A stretch of 64,000 nucleotides of DNA from Pleomorphomonas sp. (GCA_030603685.1 JAUVXG010000002.1:3415-67414); one strand, 5' to 3'. Counted from the first letter of the stretch, positions 1 through 9,603 are shown. Program-made: numbers and translations. The notes: generated from the sequence alone by a model not told the origin.

Positions 1-541
1 CGAAGGCATGGGCGACCTCGGTACCCGCCTTGAGCCGTCCGGCATAGAGGTCCACGTCACGATGGAGCGTCAGCGCTCCGTCGCGACCATCGCGGGAGGC
101 AACCAGCCGCAGGCGGTCGCCAAGTTCGGCGTCGCCAAAGCTCTTCTGCTCATAGGACGGTGCAAAGCCGTCGGCTTCCGGCAGAATCCAGATTTGCAGG
201 AAGTGCACGGGGTCGGTGGCCGATGCGTTGAACTCGCTGTGGCGGATGCCGGTGCCGGCGCTCATGCGTTGCACGTCGCCGGGGCGGATCACGGAGCCGG
301 TTCCGATGCTGTCGCGGTGCTGCAAGGCACCCTCCAGCACGTAGGAGACGATGTCCATGTCGGCATGCGGGTGGGGCGGGAAGCCGCCGCCGCCGGCCAC
401 ACGGTCGTCATTGATGACGCGGAGGGGGCCGAAGCCCATGGCGGCGGGGTCGAAGTAATGCCCGAAGGAAAAGCTGTGGTGGCTGTCGAGCCAGCCGGCG
501 TCGGTGTGGCCGCGGTCTTCGGCCTTGCGAATGGTGATCAT
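1..541 (-). CDS. Pirin family protein; the N-terminal ~180 aa are present and the C-terminus runs off the window
   Basis: It is absent from the ORF track because no stop lies in the window. Minus-strand translation from the ATG at 541..539 gives [32 protein letters not shown]...[24 protein letters not shown], a typical pirin cupin N-domain. The listed + ORF 8..556 is its antisense shadow. Confidence 0.85.
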   Translation of the reverse strand, partial: MITIRKAEDRGHTDAGWLDSHHSFSFGHYFDPAAMGFGPLRVINDDRVAGGGGFPPHPHADMDIVSYVLEGALQHRDSIGTGSVIRPGDVQRMSAGTGIRHSEFNASATDPVHFLQIWILPEADGFAPSYEQKSFGDAELGDRLRLVASRDGRDGALTLHRDVDLYAGRLKAGTEVAHAF

Positions 542-670
542 CGCGGGTCTCCCTGATCGGGGCGATGAGTGATCGCCCGCTTGGTGACCCCAAGATGGGA
601 CGCAACGGCCGGTTTGTCAGGACTATGTATTGCCGCCGCACTGTTCTCGAAAGGTGAACAGTCGGAGCGT

Positions 671-2167
671 TCAGCGGTCGACGATGATCTTCACGCGCGT
701 ACCGGGGCGCGGCTGCTCGTTGGCGGCCAAGCCATTGAGCGCCCTGAACAGGATGACGCCGCGGTCCATCGGTACCATTCGCCGGGTGAGCGTCTCGGCG
801 GTTTCGCCCGCCGCCACGGTGACGACGCGGATGCGCAACGGGGCGAGCGATGCCTTCTCGGCTTCCGACAGCGAGCGGAAGGACGCGACGGTGGAGGCAA
901 AGGTGCTGTCGAGCACGGCGGCGTCGCCGCGCGTTGCGAACAGGAAGCGGAAGGCCTGGTCGTTGAAGCGAACGACCGCGATCCGGTAGGTGAAGCCGCG
1001 TGCCGAGGCGGAGGCGACAGCGGCCGGCAGGCCGGCGATCGACACTGTGCGCACCGACTGGCGGTCAAGACCGTTGACCCATCCGGAGTTGATATACTCG
1101 ACAAGGTCGCTTCCGGCGGCGACGTTGGCGCCGTCGAAGCGCATGGCTACGCCGTCGGCATTGGTGGCCAGCACCGCCTTGGATGTGTTGTCGATCAGGA
1201 AGCCGTCCGGGACCTCGAAGGCGAAGCCCAGCTTGGCATGCAGGAACTGACGGCCGCGCACGTAGCCTTCATTCGGGTCGTCGCCATACATGATGCCGTC
1301 GATGCGCGAGAGATAGCCGTCACGGTCGACCTCGCCGTTGGTGACGCCGGTCGCCTTTGCGACCTCTTGTGCCTGGGCGAGGCGTTCGGGCGTCGACGGG
1401 TGCGAAGAGAGGAAGTCGATGGCGCCGGTGTCGTCTTCGGGCAAGCCGTTTTTCCAGGCCGCGAGACGCGACATCGAGGTCAGGAAGCGGGGCGAACCGA
1501 ACGGATCGAAGCCGGCCTTTGCCAGCGTTGCGATACCCACTCGGTCGGCCTCGAGCTCCTGAATCTGAGAGAACCGAGCCAGCGACACCTGGGTCGAGGC
1601 GAGGGCCACGCGCTGGACGGCCGGGTCTTGCACCACGTCCTGCACGGCCTGGCTGGCCACGGCGGCGGCCTCGGCCTTCTGGGCGCGCAGATAGGCGTGC
1701 CGCGCCGTGACGTGGGCCATCTCGTGGGAGATCACGGCGGCCACTTCCGCCGTGTCGCTGGCCAGCGCCAGGAGACCGCGCGTGACGTAGACGTATCCGC
1801 CGGGAAGGGCGAAGGCGTTGACGGCCGGTGAGTTGAGGATGGTGACGCGATAGCTGCGCCAGGGCTCCGGGCTGGCGGCAACCAGCCGCCCGACGACGCT
1901 GGCGATCGCCAGTTCGGCCTCGCGATCCTCGTAGGTGCCGCCGAAGGCCGCGACGATCTTGGGGTGCTCCCGCTCGGCAATCGCCACCTCGTTGGGGTCG
2001 ATCTTGCCCTGCGGGACGGCAGAGGCGGCCAGCTGTTCGGCGGAAATGCCGCCATCCTCACCGGAAAGCCCCAGACAGCCGGCGAGCGACAGGGCGATCG
2101 CCAGAGCTGCGGCTCTCGACGCGAACCAGCAGAGATTGCCCGTCCTACCCATCCGTCCGACCATCAC
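671..2167 (-). CDS. M48 family zinc metallopeptidase, probable lipoprotein
   Basis: 498-aa ORF with an HEXXH motif (VISHEMAHVTARH) and an N-terminal signal with a lipobox-like LSLAGC. Confidence 0.85.
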   Translation of the reverse strand: MMVGRMGRTGNLCWFASRAAALAIALSLAGCLGLSGEDGGISAEQLAASAVPQGKIDPNEVAIAEREHPKIVAAFGGTYEDREAELAIASVVGRLVAASPEPWRSYRVTILNSPAVNAFALPGGYVYVTRGLLALASDTAEVAAVISHEMAHVTARHAYLRAQKAEAAAVASQAVQDVVQDPAVQRVALASTQVSLARFSQIQELEADRVGIATLAKAGFDPFGSPRFLTSMSRLAAWKNGLPEDDTGAIDFLSSHPSTPERLAQAQEVAKATGVTNGEVDRDGYLSRIDGIMYGDDPNEGYVRGRQFLHAKLGFAFEVPDGFLIDNTSKAVLATNADGVAMRFDGANVAAGSDLVEYINSGWVNGLDRQSVRTVSIAGLPAAVASASARGFTYRIAVVRFNDQAFRFLFATRGDAAVLDSTFASTVASFRSLSEAEKASLAPLRIRVVTVAAGETAETLTRRMVPMDRGVILFRALNGLAANEQPRPGTRVKIIVDR

Positions 2168-2170
2168 CTT

Positions 2171-2986
2171 CTAGTCCGCTCCATTCTCTGCCGCTTCGTC
2201 CAACAGCCGCAAGGCTGCCGGCGTATCGAGTTCAAGATCGAGACCGTTGCGCCAGCGAGCCCAACCACGAACCTCAACCATCCGTCCGGAGAGGCTCTCC
2301 GGTGGTCGTCCGGCGGCAACCAGCGCCGACGTCAAGGCTTCTCGAAGGCGCACCGTGGCATCCGTTCGGAAGTTGTCGCCGAAATTGATATAGGTTGTTC
2401 GGCCCGATCGGCCAATCGAGGCGACCTTGCCACGACCGAGCACGAAGTCGGGCAGGCCAGTTGCCGCCGCATTCAGGTTTGTCCATATCCGGCTTTGCCG
2501 CCAAATACCACGTTTTTCCGCTCGCGCCTTGGCTTCGGCGGCAAGAAAGCGCGCGGCGCAGGGCGCAAAGGACACATCTGCGACGCCGGCTCCTGCCGCG
2601 AGAAGTCGTTCAGCTAGGCCGTCACCGTTCTCAAGACGGAGGATGCCATGAAGCCGTCCATGCCGGTCCGGTTCCTCGGTTGAAGCGACGAACGCGGTGG
2701 GTACGCCATGAAGGTCAGAGAGGATTCCGGTCTGAGTGGCCCGGGCCAAAGCGCCCGCCCTGACCGGAAGAACCACGCCGTCCAGAACGACAACGAGCTT
2801 GGGGCTGGCCGCCTGCAGCGGGGTCAACGTCAGCACGGGACGGATGGTGGCCGCCCGAGGCGGGAGAGCGGCTGCGACGCGATGGGTCGGCGTGAACGTC
2901 CCGTCAGCGCATGTTTCCTCGGCCTCGGCCGGCGAGGCCGCCAGCAAGAACAAGAAAAGGCAGAGCGCGACGACCGATCGGAGCAT
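2171..2986 (-). CDS. Secreted thermonuclease (SNase-like) family protein
   Basis: 271-aa ORF with a signal peptide (MLRSVVALCLFLFLLAASPAEA). The central region resembles SNase-fold proteins (DRHGRLHGIL...AEAKARAEKRGIWRQ). Confidence 0.55.
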   Translation of the reverse strand: MLRSVVALCLFLFLLAASPAEAEETCADGTFTPTHRVAAALPPRAATIRPVLTLTPLQAASPKLVVVLDGVVLPVRAGALARATQTGILSDLHGVPTAFVASTEEPDRHGRLHGILRLENGDGLAERLLAAGAGVADVSFAPCAARFLAAEAKARAEKRGIWRQSRIWTNLNAAATGLPDFVLGRGKVASIGRSGRTTYINFGDNFRTDATVRLREALTSALVAAGRPPESLSGRMVEVRGWARWRNGLDLELDTPAALRLLDEAAENGAD

Positions 2987-3160
2987 GAAAGGGTCTCAGA
3001 AGCATCCGACTCTAGCGAATGTCGCGCTACACGCCTATCCCACTCGATGACAAGGCTGCCTTCCCATCATGGCATGCGGGTTTCGAAAAGGGGCTGTCAA
3101 AGCCGCCGTTGATTTGCTAGATGAGCCAAAGCGGCCGGACGCTTGGTCCGGCCGCACCGC

Positions 3161-3186
3161 GTCCCGGTAGCTCAGCAGGATAGAGC
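3161..3186 (+). pseudogene. 5' fragment (acceptor 5' strand plus D-arm) of a split tRNA-Arg(CCU) gene
   Basis: GTCCCGG-TA-GCTC-AGCAGGATA-GAGC. tRNA similarity ends after 3186. GTCCCGG is the exact complement of CCGGGAC at 33501..33507. Confidence 0.85.
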
Positions 3187-3195
3187 GATTTTAAG

Positions 3196-3268
3196 GGTAG
3201 GAGATTTACCGAATCACTAGAAGCGGGCGGAAATCCGATCTTCTGATAACCGGTAAGTTTACCGAACC
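3196..3268 (+). repeat. Left-arm subterminal direct repeats (putative recombinase arm sites)
   Basis: GGTAGGAGATTTACCGAATC (3196..3215) and GGTAAGTTTACCGAACC (3252..3268) share GGTArG...TTTACCGAAyC. ACCGGTAAGTTT (3249..3260) recurs exactly at 33419..33430. Confidence 0.5.
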
Positions 3269-3271
3269 GCG

Positions 3272-3300
3272 TTGAAATGCGCTGTCTCCTGAGCTATGAG
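3272..3300 (+). promoter_or_regulatory. Putative sigma70-type promoter of the island tRNA-Arg
   Basis: TTGAAA (3272..3277), a 17-bp spacer, then TATGAG (3295..3300), ending 20 nt upstream of the tRNA 5' end at 3321. Confidence 0.4.
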
Positions 3301-3320
3301 GCGGTGGAAAAATGGAGTAA

Positions 3321-3644
3321 GTCCACGTAGCTCAGTTGGATAGAGCACAGGATTCCTCAATCGTAAGTTGCATGACTGCAAATTGGGGGCTACATACCGA
3401 AAGGTTGTATGTCAATCTGCTCAAAGTCGGGGAACGCTGCGCCGGAACGATTCCGGTATGCCAATCCCGAGCCAAGCCTCGGATGCGAATTCGAGGAAGG
3501 TGTAGAGACTGGACGGGCAGTACCTAAGGGTCGCAAGGCCTAGGGTAAAGGGACAGTCCAGACCACGAACGCCGGAAGGCGGCGGCGAAAGCCGAGGTGG
3601 TATGAATCCTGGGGTCGGAGGTTCGAATCCTCTCGTGGACGCCA
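3321..3644 (+). tRNA. tRNA-Arg(CCU) interrupted by a group I intron in the anticodon loop
   Basis: Exon 1 (3321..3357) is GTCCACG-TA-GCTC-AGTTGGATA-GAGC-A-CAGGA-TTCCT. Exon 2 (3605..3644) is AA-TCCTG-GGGTC-GGAGG-TTCGAAT-CCTCT-CGTGGAC-G-CCA. The spliced anticodon loop is TTCCTAA. All four stems pair. Confidence 0.9.
3358..3604 (+). ncRNA. Group I (IC3-like) self-splicing intron, 247 nt, no ORF
   Basis: A P1 helix is possible between CCU|CAAU (3355..3361) and AUUGGGG (3382..3388), with a U.G wobble at the splice site. The intron ends in G3604. The core segments GAGCCAAGCCTCGG and GAAGGTGTAGAGACTGGACGG...CCTAAGG match, from memory, the Azoarcus tRNA-Ile intron core. Confidence 0.85.
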
Positions 3645-3971
3645 CTCAAATAGAAATGGGGTCTGCCAGAAACGGCAGCTTGCTCCGAGACGATCACAGT
3701 AGCAAATGGCGATCAATCTTAGGCGCTCGGATGAGACTCCTAAAGGTTGATGTGGTGATCCAGCTTCGTCCGCTCAGACTCGATTCGACGCATGCAGCGT
3801 ACCCGCCGCGTTGCGTCCGAGATCAAACCATTTGAGTTCGGAGCTGCCGTAATCGAGGCAGAGAACGGTTCGCCGACTGGTTGGGCGGAATCCCATAGTG
3901 ACGAACAACGGATTTGTGGTCGGCAGTTCAAGGACTAAGAATGGGGCGAGCGACCCTCGTTTAACGCTTGA

Positions 3972-4646
3972 TTACGATGCTGATTCGTTGGCTCGAAAAG
4001 AGCGTAGCGCCTCGTCGGTGAGCCGTTTAAGCCGATCATACTGGTCCTTGGCCATAATTATAGCCCCGACCGGCGTTTTGCGCGTTGTTCGAAGGCCTAG
4101 CTCGTCTAGGACAAAAAAACCGTTTGGCATCCGGTCCAGCCATTCCTTCAGACCGAGAATCGTCGACTCGGTCTCGTCTGCCGTCTGAGTGAGCGCACCG
4201 CCGACGGGTACAGCCTCGTCGATAATTCTCTTGAGCACATTACACCGGTTCGTCAGCTCGGAGATTATAGCTTTGAGGTGCTCGACCAGGTTGCCTGTCG
4301 CGACGTCCATAAGCCCTGTATCGATTTCAGCCACCTTGTCCGAGCGAAGCGGTGCATCAATATTGACATTCATTATACGGCGATACGATTCGCTCCATAT
4401 CCGGAGTAATTCTCTGTGCGAATTATAGATGGTTTGGGTTTTAGGAAACTTCGGATCTGATTTCAGCCCCTCTTCTGAGACGACCTCTGCGGTTGGGCGA
4501 ATTGGTGTTTTTCGCTTCACTAAAGCGGAGCATATGGCATTTATTGCAGTTGCTCCATCTCTCCTACTTCCATCCGGAAGACCCTCGATCCATGTGGCAG
4601 AGCGAAGCTCGGCGCTCTGAATGATGGCACCTATGCGCGAAGTCAT
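3972..4646 (-). CDS. Third, non-recombinase gene of the recombinase trio (TnpC/GmtX-like position), function unknown
   Basis: 224-aa ORF whose start overlaps the stop of the 994-aa recombinase gene by 4 nt (4643..4646), so it lies in the same operon. I recognise no motif. Confidence 0.6.
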   Translation of the reverse strand: MTSRIGAIIQSAELRSATWIEGLPDGSRRDGATAINAICSALVKRKTPIRPTAEVVSEEGLKSDPKFPKTQTIYNSHRELLRIWSESYRRIMNVNIDAPLRSDKVAEIDTGLMDVATGNLVEHLKAIISELTNRCNVLKRIIDEAVPVGGALTQTADETESTILGLKEWLDRMPNGFFVLDELGLRTTRKTPVGAIIMAKDQYDRLKRLTDEALRSFRANESAS

Positions 4647-7627
4647 TCTAGACTCCCTGCAATTCTCATGACTGATCCCGAGTCCAACGACTCAGGTAGA
4701 TAAATCGGGCCAGAGATTGAAACGTCCAGTAAACTGCGCACCTCGTCCTCAAGACCGATATCCTGGAATCTGAGTTTGCCTTCGGTTAGCGCTTTCATTT
4801 CAGTAGAGCGAACGCGTTCAAGAACGAACAAGGCATACTGGTCCATAGCTTTCCTGCAATGCTCGGGAGTTATGTTCGCCATTAGCTGCGGCGGCGCTAT
4901 CCCGGAGTATTGAAGCATAATATTCAGATAGCGATCTCTCTTGTCCTCGACGCGTTGATCTGACAAAATCTGGTGTACTCGCCCGGCCATGGTGATACGG
5001 GCTGCCTGCTCAAATTCAGATATTTCCTCATAGAGCAGTATTGCTGAGCGTTCATTCGCTATGAGCTGAATGTCAGAGGAAGAGTCTTGGGGGGAGTCCA
5101 GTAATTTTATGCTAGCGTTGCATAGCTGCTCCACGTTGAATATTGAATTCTCGACAATTTCTTGTTTGTTCTTAATGTGGAACATTTCCTTTTGAAGCTG
5201 ATCGAATTTATTCTCAAAGGCGGATTTGTCGAGTCTGCCCGCCGTCACATGTTGTTCGTAGAGAGAGACCGTTTCGTTTATTCTCGTCTCTTCCCGCGCC
5301 AAATACTGCCTTTGCTCACAGAGCTTTGTGCCATATTGCGTGAGTTCATTGAGCCAAGGCGGGCCGCTCACGAAGTGCCGGCAGAGGATGCAGGAATGGG
5401 GTTCAACCGGGCCGTAGATGCTTCTCTTGCGGCCAGCCCTATCTTCGGCAGGGCGTAATTCACCCCCGTCCGCGCATCGCGTGCCGTCGTAAGGACATAT
5501 GCCGATGGAGACATTGCAAAACTGTACCTGAGCGTTTGACGCTATTGCTTCATCAATGGCGGTTTCAGAGATGGAGACGGTCCGCTGTCGGGCCTCCTCG
5601 ACTTCCATGCGGCGTAAGTCGTCAATAAACCGCCTCTGCTTTTCCGCGGACTTCGAGACTGCCTCAGCAATTATATCAGCGACCTCGATCGGGTCTCGGT
5701 CCACATAATAGAGTGTCATTGAAAGCGTGGCATGGCCAGCGACGAGCTTTGACAGGAGCTCAATGGGCATTCCTCCGCGATGGAGATTCGTTAATCCGCG
5801 CACGCGAAAACCATGAAGGTTATACGCTGGTCGATACGGCTGTTTATTGGTCGGGTGGATCTCTACGAGTTGGACCGTGTTTCCCGGATGCTGGTTGTTC
5901 CAGCGAAGCTGGATCTCGCCGAGAAGTGCGCACCAGGCGTGATTAATCTCAGACGAAGTCACTGTCCGCCCCTCCAGGGGGCGGTTCTCCGTTGGGAAAA
6001 GACGGGCGATGGGGAATATTTCCGGCATCGCGGTTCGAGTAGTGTCCGAATAGTCGAGGGCGTTGTCGAGATAGACACCAGGACCAACCGGCCCGGAGAT
6101 CGGGTTGTGAGCCTCCTGCCATTCTCGTAGCTCCCACAGCAATTTCAAAAGCTTTGGAAGGTACCACGGCATTTCATAGGGCTGCCCGGTTTTGTTGGAG
6201 TTTACGAAAAGCCCCGTAATTGTTCTCGACTCGCCCACGATTTCGCGGGCATACCCTCTCGACGGAAACCCCCTGTGAGGTTTCCCCTCTCGATCGGCCC
6301 AGTATCCGGAATGTGGCCCAGTGTTATCTTCCCAGAGTAGTGTTTGCCCATTGAACTGGCGGACGTCGCCTTCTCCCGAGTCCAGGCGCCTGAGTTGCCC
6401 CATACGGAGAGGTACTTCGAGCATCGCCATCAGAAGCGTAGGAATCACCGGGCAATATCGGTGAACCTTCCTCCCCTTGATCTTCAGCTGCACCCGGAAA
6501 TTGGAGGCAGTTTGCACCCAGGTGCCAGGGCCACCTTCCAGGATCTCCTTCATCAGAGGTATAAATTTCTCCGGCAGAGGACGGGACCGCGAACTCCTAG
6601 GTTTCGGCAGTTTGGCAAGCGAGTTGACGAGCGTCTGGTGCTCTTTAGCGGAGACCAGCTCGACCATTGGCCCGTCTTCGTCATTGTCAGTGTACCAATC
6701 AATGATCGCCTGCGAGATCGTGCGCGCCGCACCAAGTGACCCGGCCAAACCCCGACCAACTTGACCGTGGTTTCGAGAAATCAGGAATTCTGAGAAGGTT
6801 AATCCTTGGATCTTGGTGGACACTGCCTGACGCAAGGTTTTTCCTGGTGCCGCCTCCTTCAGCCAGGTTGCCATCTCTATGATCGTTGAGTGAGCTTGCC
6901 GCGGTTTCAGCTTCGAGTAGCGGCTGAACGTTTTATGGAATTCGCAAAACTCAGGGTCGGGCAGCTCCTTGGAGTATGTGAACGCCAACCAGCTTGGGTT
7001 TTTGCCCTCGGACTTAGTGCGATACTTTCGGCTTTTTGCGGTCAGGGTCTTGTCGTCGAAGATTGACGCCAGACCGACAATGACCTGAGCGAGGCATTGG
7101 GAAGTAAGTTCGCTCGTGCCGATTAACTCCCTGTTCCAGTCCGCACCGTCGGGCGTTCTGAAGATGTCCACCACACCATGAATGAAATCCAAGGACGCAT
7201 TGGCAACGCTCCAAAGGCCGGACGTTGCCATGGTGAAGACGGCCAGAATGCGTTCGATCCTGACCTGTGCCTGGTCTTGCTTGGTGAGAGTGTCCATGAA
7301 CTTTAACGCGCCCGCTTCGGCGAGTGCCTCCCGGAGCTCTTGGCCCAGATCGGACATGCCATTGAACCGCCGGCAGAGGTCCTTATGCAGCGGAGTTTTG
7401 AAAATCGTGTACGGCGAAAGGCAAACACCCTCCTCGTACAGCACGTCGACTGCTTCAAAGTGCTCGTCGGTAAGGTGCCGTGTCGGGCCGACTGACTTAA
7501 TGAGATCAACCGCCCACTTGGTTTGGGCGGATGGAGCGATCTCGCCATCCGCATATCTTTCTTGGCGTGAACAATTAACGAAAAGCTCGTCGCCATTCCT
7601 GCCAGTATAAAAGCTGGGCATCGGCAA
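4643..7627 (-). CDS. Large tyrosine recombinase/integrase (994 aa) with a long C-terminal extension
   Basis: Catalytic-domain motifs are present: LRMGQLRRLD (Arg), LHGFRVRGL (HxxR) and AGHATLSMTLYYV (His...Tyr). About 350 aa follow the Tyr, including a Cys-rich stretch (CNVSIGICPYDGTRC...CILC). Confidence 0.8.
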   Translation of the reverse strand: MPMPSFYTGRNGDELFVNCSRQERYADGEIAPSAQTKWAVDLIKSVGPTRHLTDEHFEAVDVLYEEGVCLSPYTIFKTPLHKDLCRRFNGMSDLGQELREALAEAGALKFMDTLTKQDQAQVRIERILAVFTMATSGLWSVANASLDFIHGVVDIFRTPDGADWNRELIGTSELTSQCLAQVIVGLASIFDDKTLTAKSRKYRTKSEGKNPSWLAFTYSKELPDPEFCEFHKTFSRYSKLKPRQAHSTIIEMATWLKEAAPGKTLRQAVSTKIQGLTFSEFLISRNHGQVGRGLAGSLGAARTISQAIIDWYTDNDEDGPMVELVSAKEHQTLVNSLAKLPKPRSSRSRPLPEKFIPLMKEILEGGPGTWVQTASNFRVQLKIKGRKVHRYCPVIPTLLMAMLEVPLRMGQLRRLDSGEGDVRQFNGQTLLWEDNTGPHSGYWADREGKPHRGFPSRGYAREIVGESRTITGLFVNSNKTGQPYEMPWYLPKLLKLLWELREWQEAHNPISGPVGPGVYLDNALDYSDTTRTAMPEIFPIARLFPTENRPLEGRTVTSSEINHAWCALLGEIQLRWNNQHPGNTVQLVEIHPTNKQPYRPAYNLHGFRVRGLTNLHRGGMPIELLSKLVAGHATLSMTLYYVDRDPIEVADIIAEAVSKSAEKQRRFIDDLRRMEVEEARQRTVSISETAIDEAIASNAQVQFCNVSIGICPYDGTRCADGGELRPAEDRAGRKRSIYGPVEPHSCILCRHFVSGPPWLNELTQYGTKLCEQRQYLAREETRINETVSLYEQHVTAGRLDKSAFENKFDQLQKEMFHIKNKQEIVENSIFNVEQLCNASIKLLDSPQDSSSDIQLIANERSAILLYEEISEFEQAARITMAGRVHQILSDQRVEDKRDRYLNIMLQYSGIAPPQLMANITPEHCRKAMDQYALFVLERVRSTEMKALTEGKLRFQDIGLEDEVRSLLDVSISGPIYLPESLDSGSVMRIAGSLE

Positions 7628-7680
7628 TTTCCTATATGGAGGAGGGGGGAGATAACCGGTTAAGCAATGGCCCTGTGACG

Positions 7681-9357
7681 TTACAGCTGCTGGAGAAACG
7701 TCTCTCGCAGACGGCGATACGGATCGGGCGGTGATGTGCCCGAGCTTGCGGCTTCAAGCAAAGTGTCGATTTCATCAGGGGTTAGTCGCGTGTAGACCTT
7801 ATGAGCCTCAAGGCTGCGATGGTGCATGCACTGTCGGATTACCTCGCCATCCACACCTGCAGTAAAAAGAAATCTTCCGTAGAAATGTCTTGCACCGTGA
7901 GGTGTCGTGCCAAATGCCTTTCGCGGCATTGCCAGATCAGAATCATCGAAGCGCCGCCCAGTCCTGACGATTGCGGCACGCCAGGCTTCATCGAAGGCGG
8001 ACATCGTGTAGGGATCACCGGCAAGCGTATCTTTTGAGCCACGCCCGACCAAAAGGAACGGATGGTCGAGTGCCGTTTTTGGACGCGTAGCAATCAATCG
8101 CGGGCGAGTTTCAAAAATGTAACGTCTCAGTAGAGCAGCGGTGCGGGCAATCAGAGGATCGATAGGCAGCCAATATCCCGGAGTGCCCACGTCATCGTCC
8201 GCCACGCCTTTCCATCCGGCCGCGAATGGTCCAGCCGCCAGCGTTCTCGCGGTCCATCCGAGTCTCTGGAGATAAACACCACGAGAGATTGCGCTTCCCT
8301 GGGCATCTCGAATTTGTCCGTATTCGGGATGATGCAGAAAGATCCACGGAGTGTTTCGAATGAACTGCACGTCTGAAAGGAATAAGTGAAGAGGCTCGCT
8401 TTTCCTTAGGCCCAAGGCGAAAATGAGATGAGCAAGCAGGCAAGCGGTGTCGTCGCAGCGCCCGCTATCGTTTGTAAATCCCCCATATAAAAACCGGCCA
8501 AGATAACGTGCCGGGAAAGTTGGAACTTTGCCAGTGCGGGCCGGTGAAGGCTTTAAAATATGCGGGAAGGCATGAGAGGGCGCGCGCCGGGTCGTTTTAA
8601 CGTGACCAAGCAGTGAAGTCTCCCGACGTCTTACAAGCTCAAGCGCCAATCGCAGGGAAACGATGGGGTCATTCGCTACCTTATGGGTTGTAATCGCCTC
8701 CACCCAGACGTTGGCCTTGTCATCGGATCTCAGCCACATGAAGTGCCGCGTTAGGGCGGAGAGAAGCACGTTAGCCTGCCGTCTTCCCAGTCCCGTCCAG
8801 TGGAGTCCGGTTTGATCGAAAGCCCGTCCGTCCTCATCCACCTGTATGGTGCCGTGCAAAAGACATCGAACGAAGCTTCTGAAGAGCTGGCGTTCGGTCC
8901 AACTGCCATGCGGTTTAGGAATCGATTGCCCGCCTCGGTGCGACGCCAGCGCAAAATCCACGAACAGGCCCACCGAGCGTGCAGTGTTTTTCATCCATGC
9001 ATAGGACATCGACGAATAATCATCGAAAAAATCCAGCAAGGGGGCATAACGAACGACCCGCTTCGTGTTCGCGTCAGTCGGAAGTGCGAGATACAGCACG
9101 GGCCAATGCGCTGTAGCACTCGCGTCGTGAACAGTCTGTCGCACAACAACATGGAAGAGTCCGCGTTCCGCGGTCCTGAACGAGATCGACTTCTGCATAT
9201 CGGCGACCGAAAAGTTGCGCTGGGGTGAACGGTGTTCTGGATCTTCGCATGTCGGTTCTGCACCGTACGGCAGTGCCAACACGCTGCGGACAGTCCGATC
9301 GGAAAGCCCCGGACACCGCTTGAAGGCCAACGTGGGATTCACGGGCGCGCGCCCCAA
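7681..9357 (-). CDS. Tyrosine recombinase/integrase (up to 558 aa; start uncertain)
   Basis: Motifs GLRKSEPLHL (Arg), HGARHFYGRF (HxxR) and HHRSLEAHKVYTRL (His...Tyr). It is the first gene of the minus-strand trio. Confidence 0.8.
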   Translation of the reverse strand: MGRAPVNPTLAFKRCPGLSDRTVRSVLALPYGAEPTCEDPEHRSPQRNFSVADMQKSISFRTAERGLFHVVVRQTVHDASATAHWPVLYLALPTDANTKRVVRYAPLLDFFDDYSSMSYAWMKNTARSVGLFVDFALASHRGGQSIPKPHGSWTERQLFRSFVRCLLHGTIQVDEDGRAFDQTGLHWTGLGRRQANVLLSALTRHFMWLRSDDKANVWVEAITTHKVANDPIVSLRLALELVRRRETSLLGHVKTTRRAPSHAFPHILKPSPARTGKVPTFPARYLGRFLYGGFTNDSGRCDDTACLLAHLIFALGLRKSEPLHLFLSDVQFIRNTPWIFLHHPEYGQIRDAQGSAISRGVYLQRLGWTARTLAAGPFAAGWKGVADDDVGTPGYWLPIDPLIARTAALLRRYIFETRPRLIATRPKTALDHPFLLVGRGSKDTLAGDPYTMSAFDEAWRAAIVRTGRRFDDSDLAMPRKAFGTTPHGARHFYGRFLFTAGVDGEVIRQCMHHRSLEAHKVYTRLTPDEIDTLLEAASSGTSPPDPYRRLRETFLQQL

Positions 9358-9571
9358 ATTGGGGATGACGCGTCAGTACGTCGTCTGACCCACACCAGAC
9401 GGGAATGTCAGGAGATTACAACCCGTTATTCCCTGCGATCTGCCGAGCGGGCCTTTGGCCTCGCGAGCGGAAGCGCACCCGTTGATGCGAACAGGTCTCT
9501 GGTGGGAATCAACAAGGAATGCTAGAAGGGATGCATACGACCTCCAGACCCGGCCCGGGGATGGTGTGTCG

Positions 9572-9603
9572 GTGGGTGGATGCGCGCCAACGCATCCACC
9601 CAC
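9572..9603. repeat. Perfect 13-bp inverted repeat (hairpin or operator) in the divergent region between the recombinase operon and the cargo
   Basis: GTGGGTGGATGCG (9572..9584), loop CGCCAA, CGCATCCACCCAC (9591..9603). It is followed by a second palindrome, AACGATcgaATCGTT, at about 9608..9622. Neither strand has a T-tract. Confidence 0.5.

Noticed and set aside
8-556. 182-aa + strand ORF at the window start
   Set aside because: The opposite strand encodes a clear pirin N-terminal domain, and the + frame has no recognisable features.
3131-3155. Perfect 10-bp hairpin GCGGCCGGAC-GCTTG-GTCCGGCCGC just upstream of the split tRNA, considered as a terminator
   Set aside because: There is no T-tract on the + strand, only a weak TTTGG on the minus strand, and no gene ends here on either strand. 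It may be a REP-like element or a tRNA promoter-proximal structure. I could not support any call.
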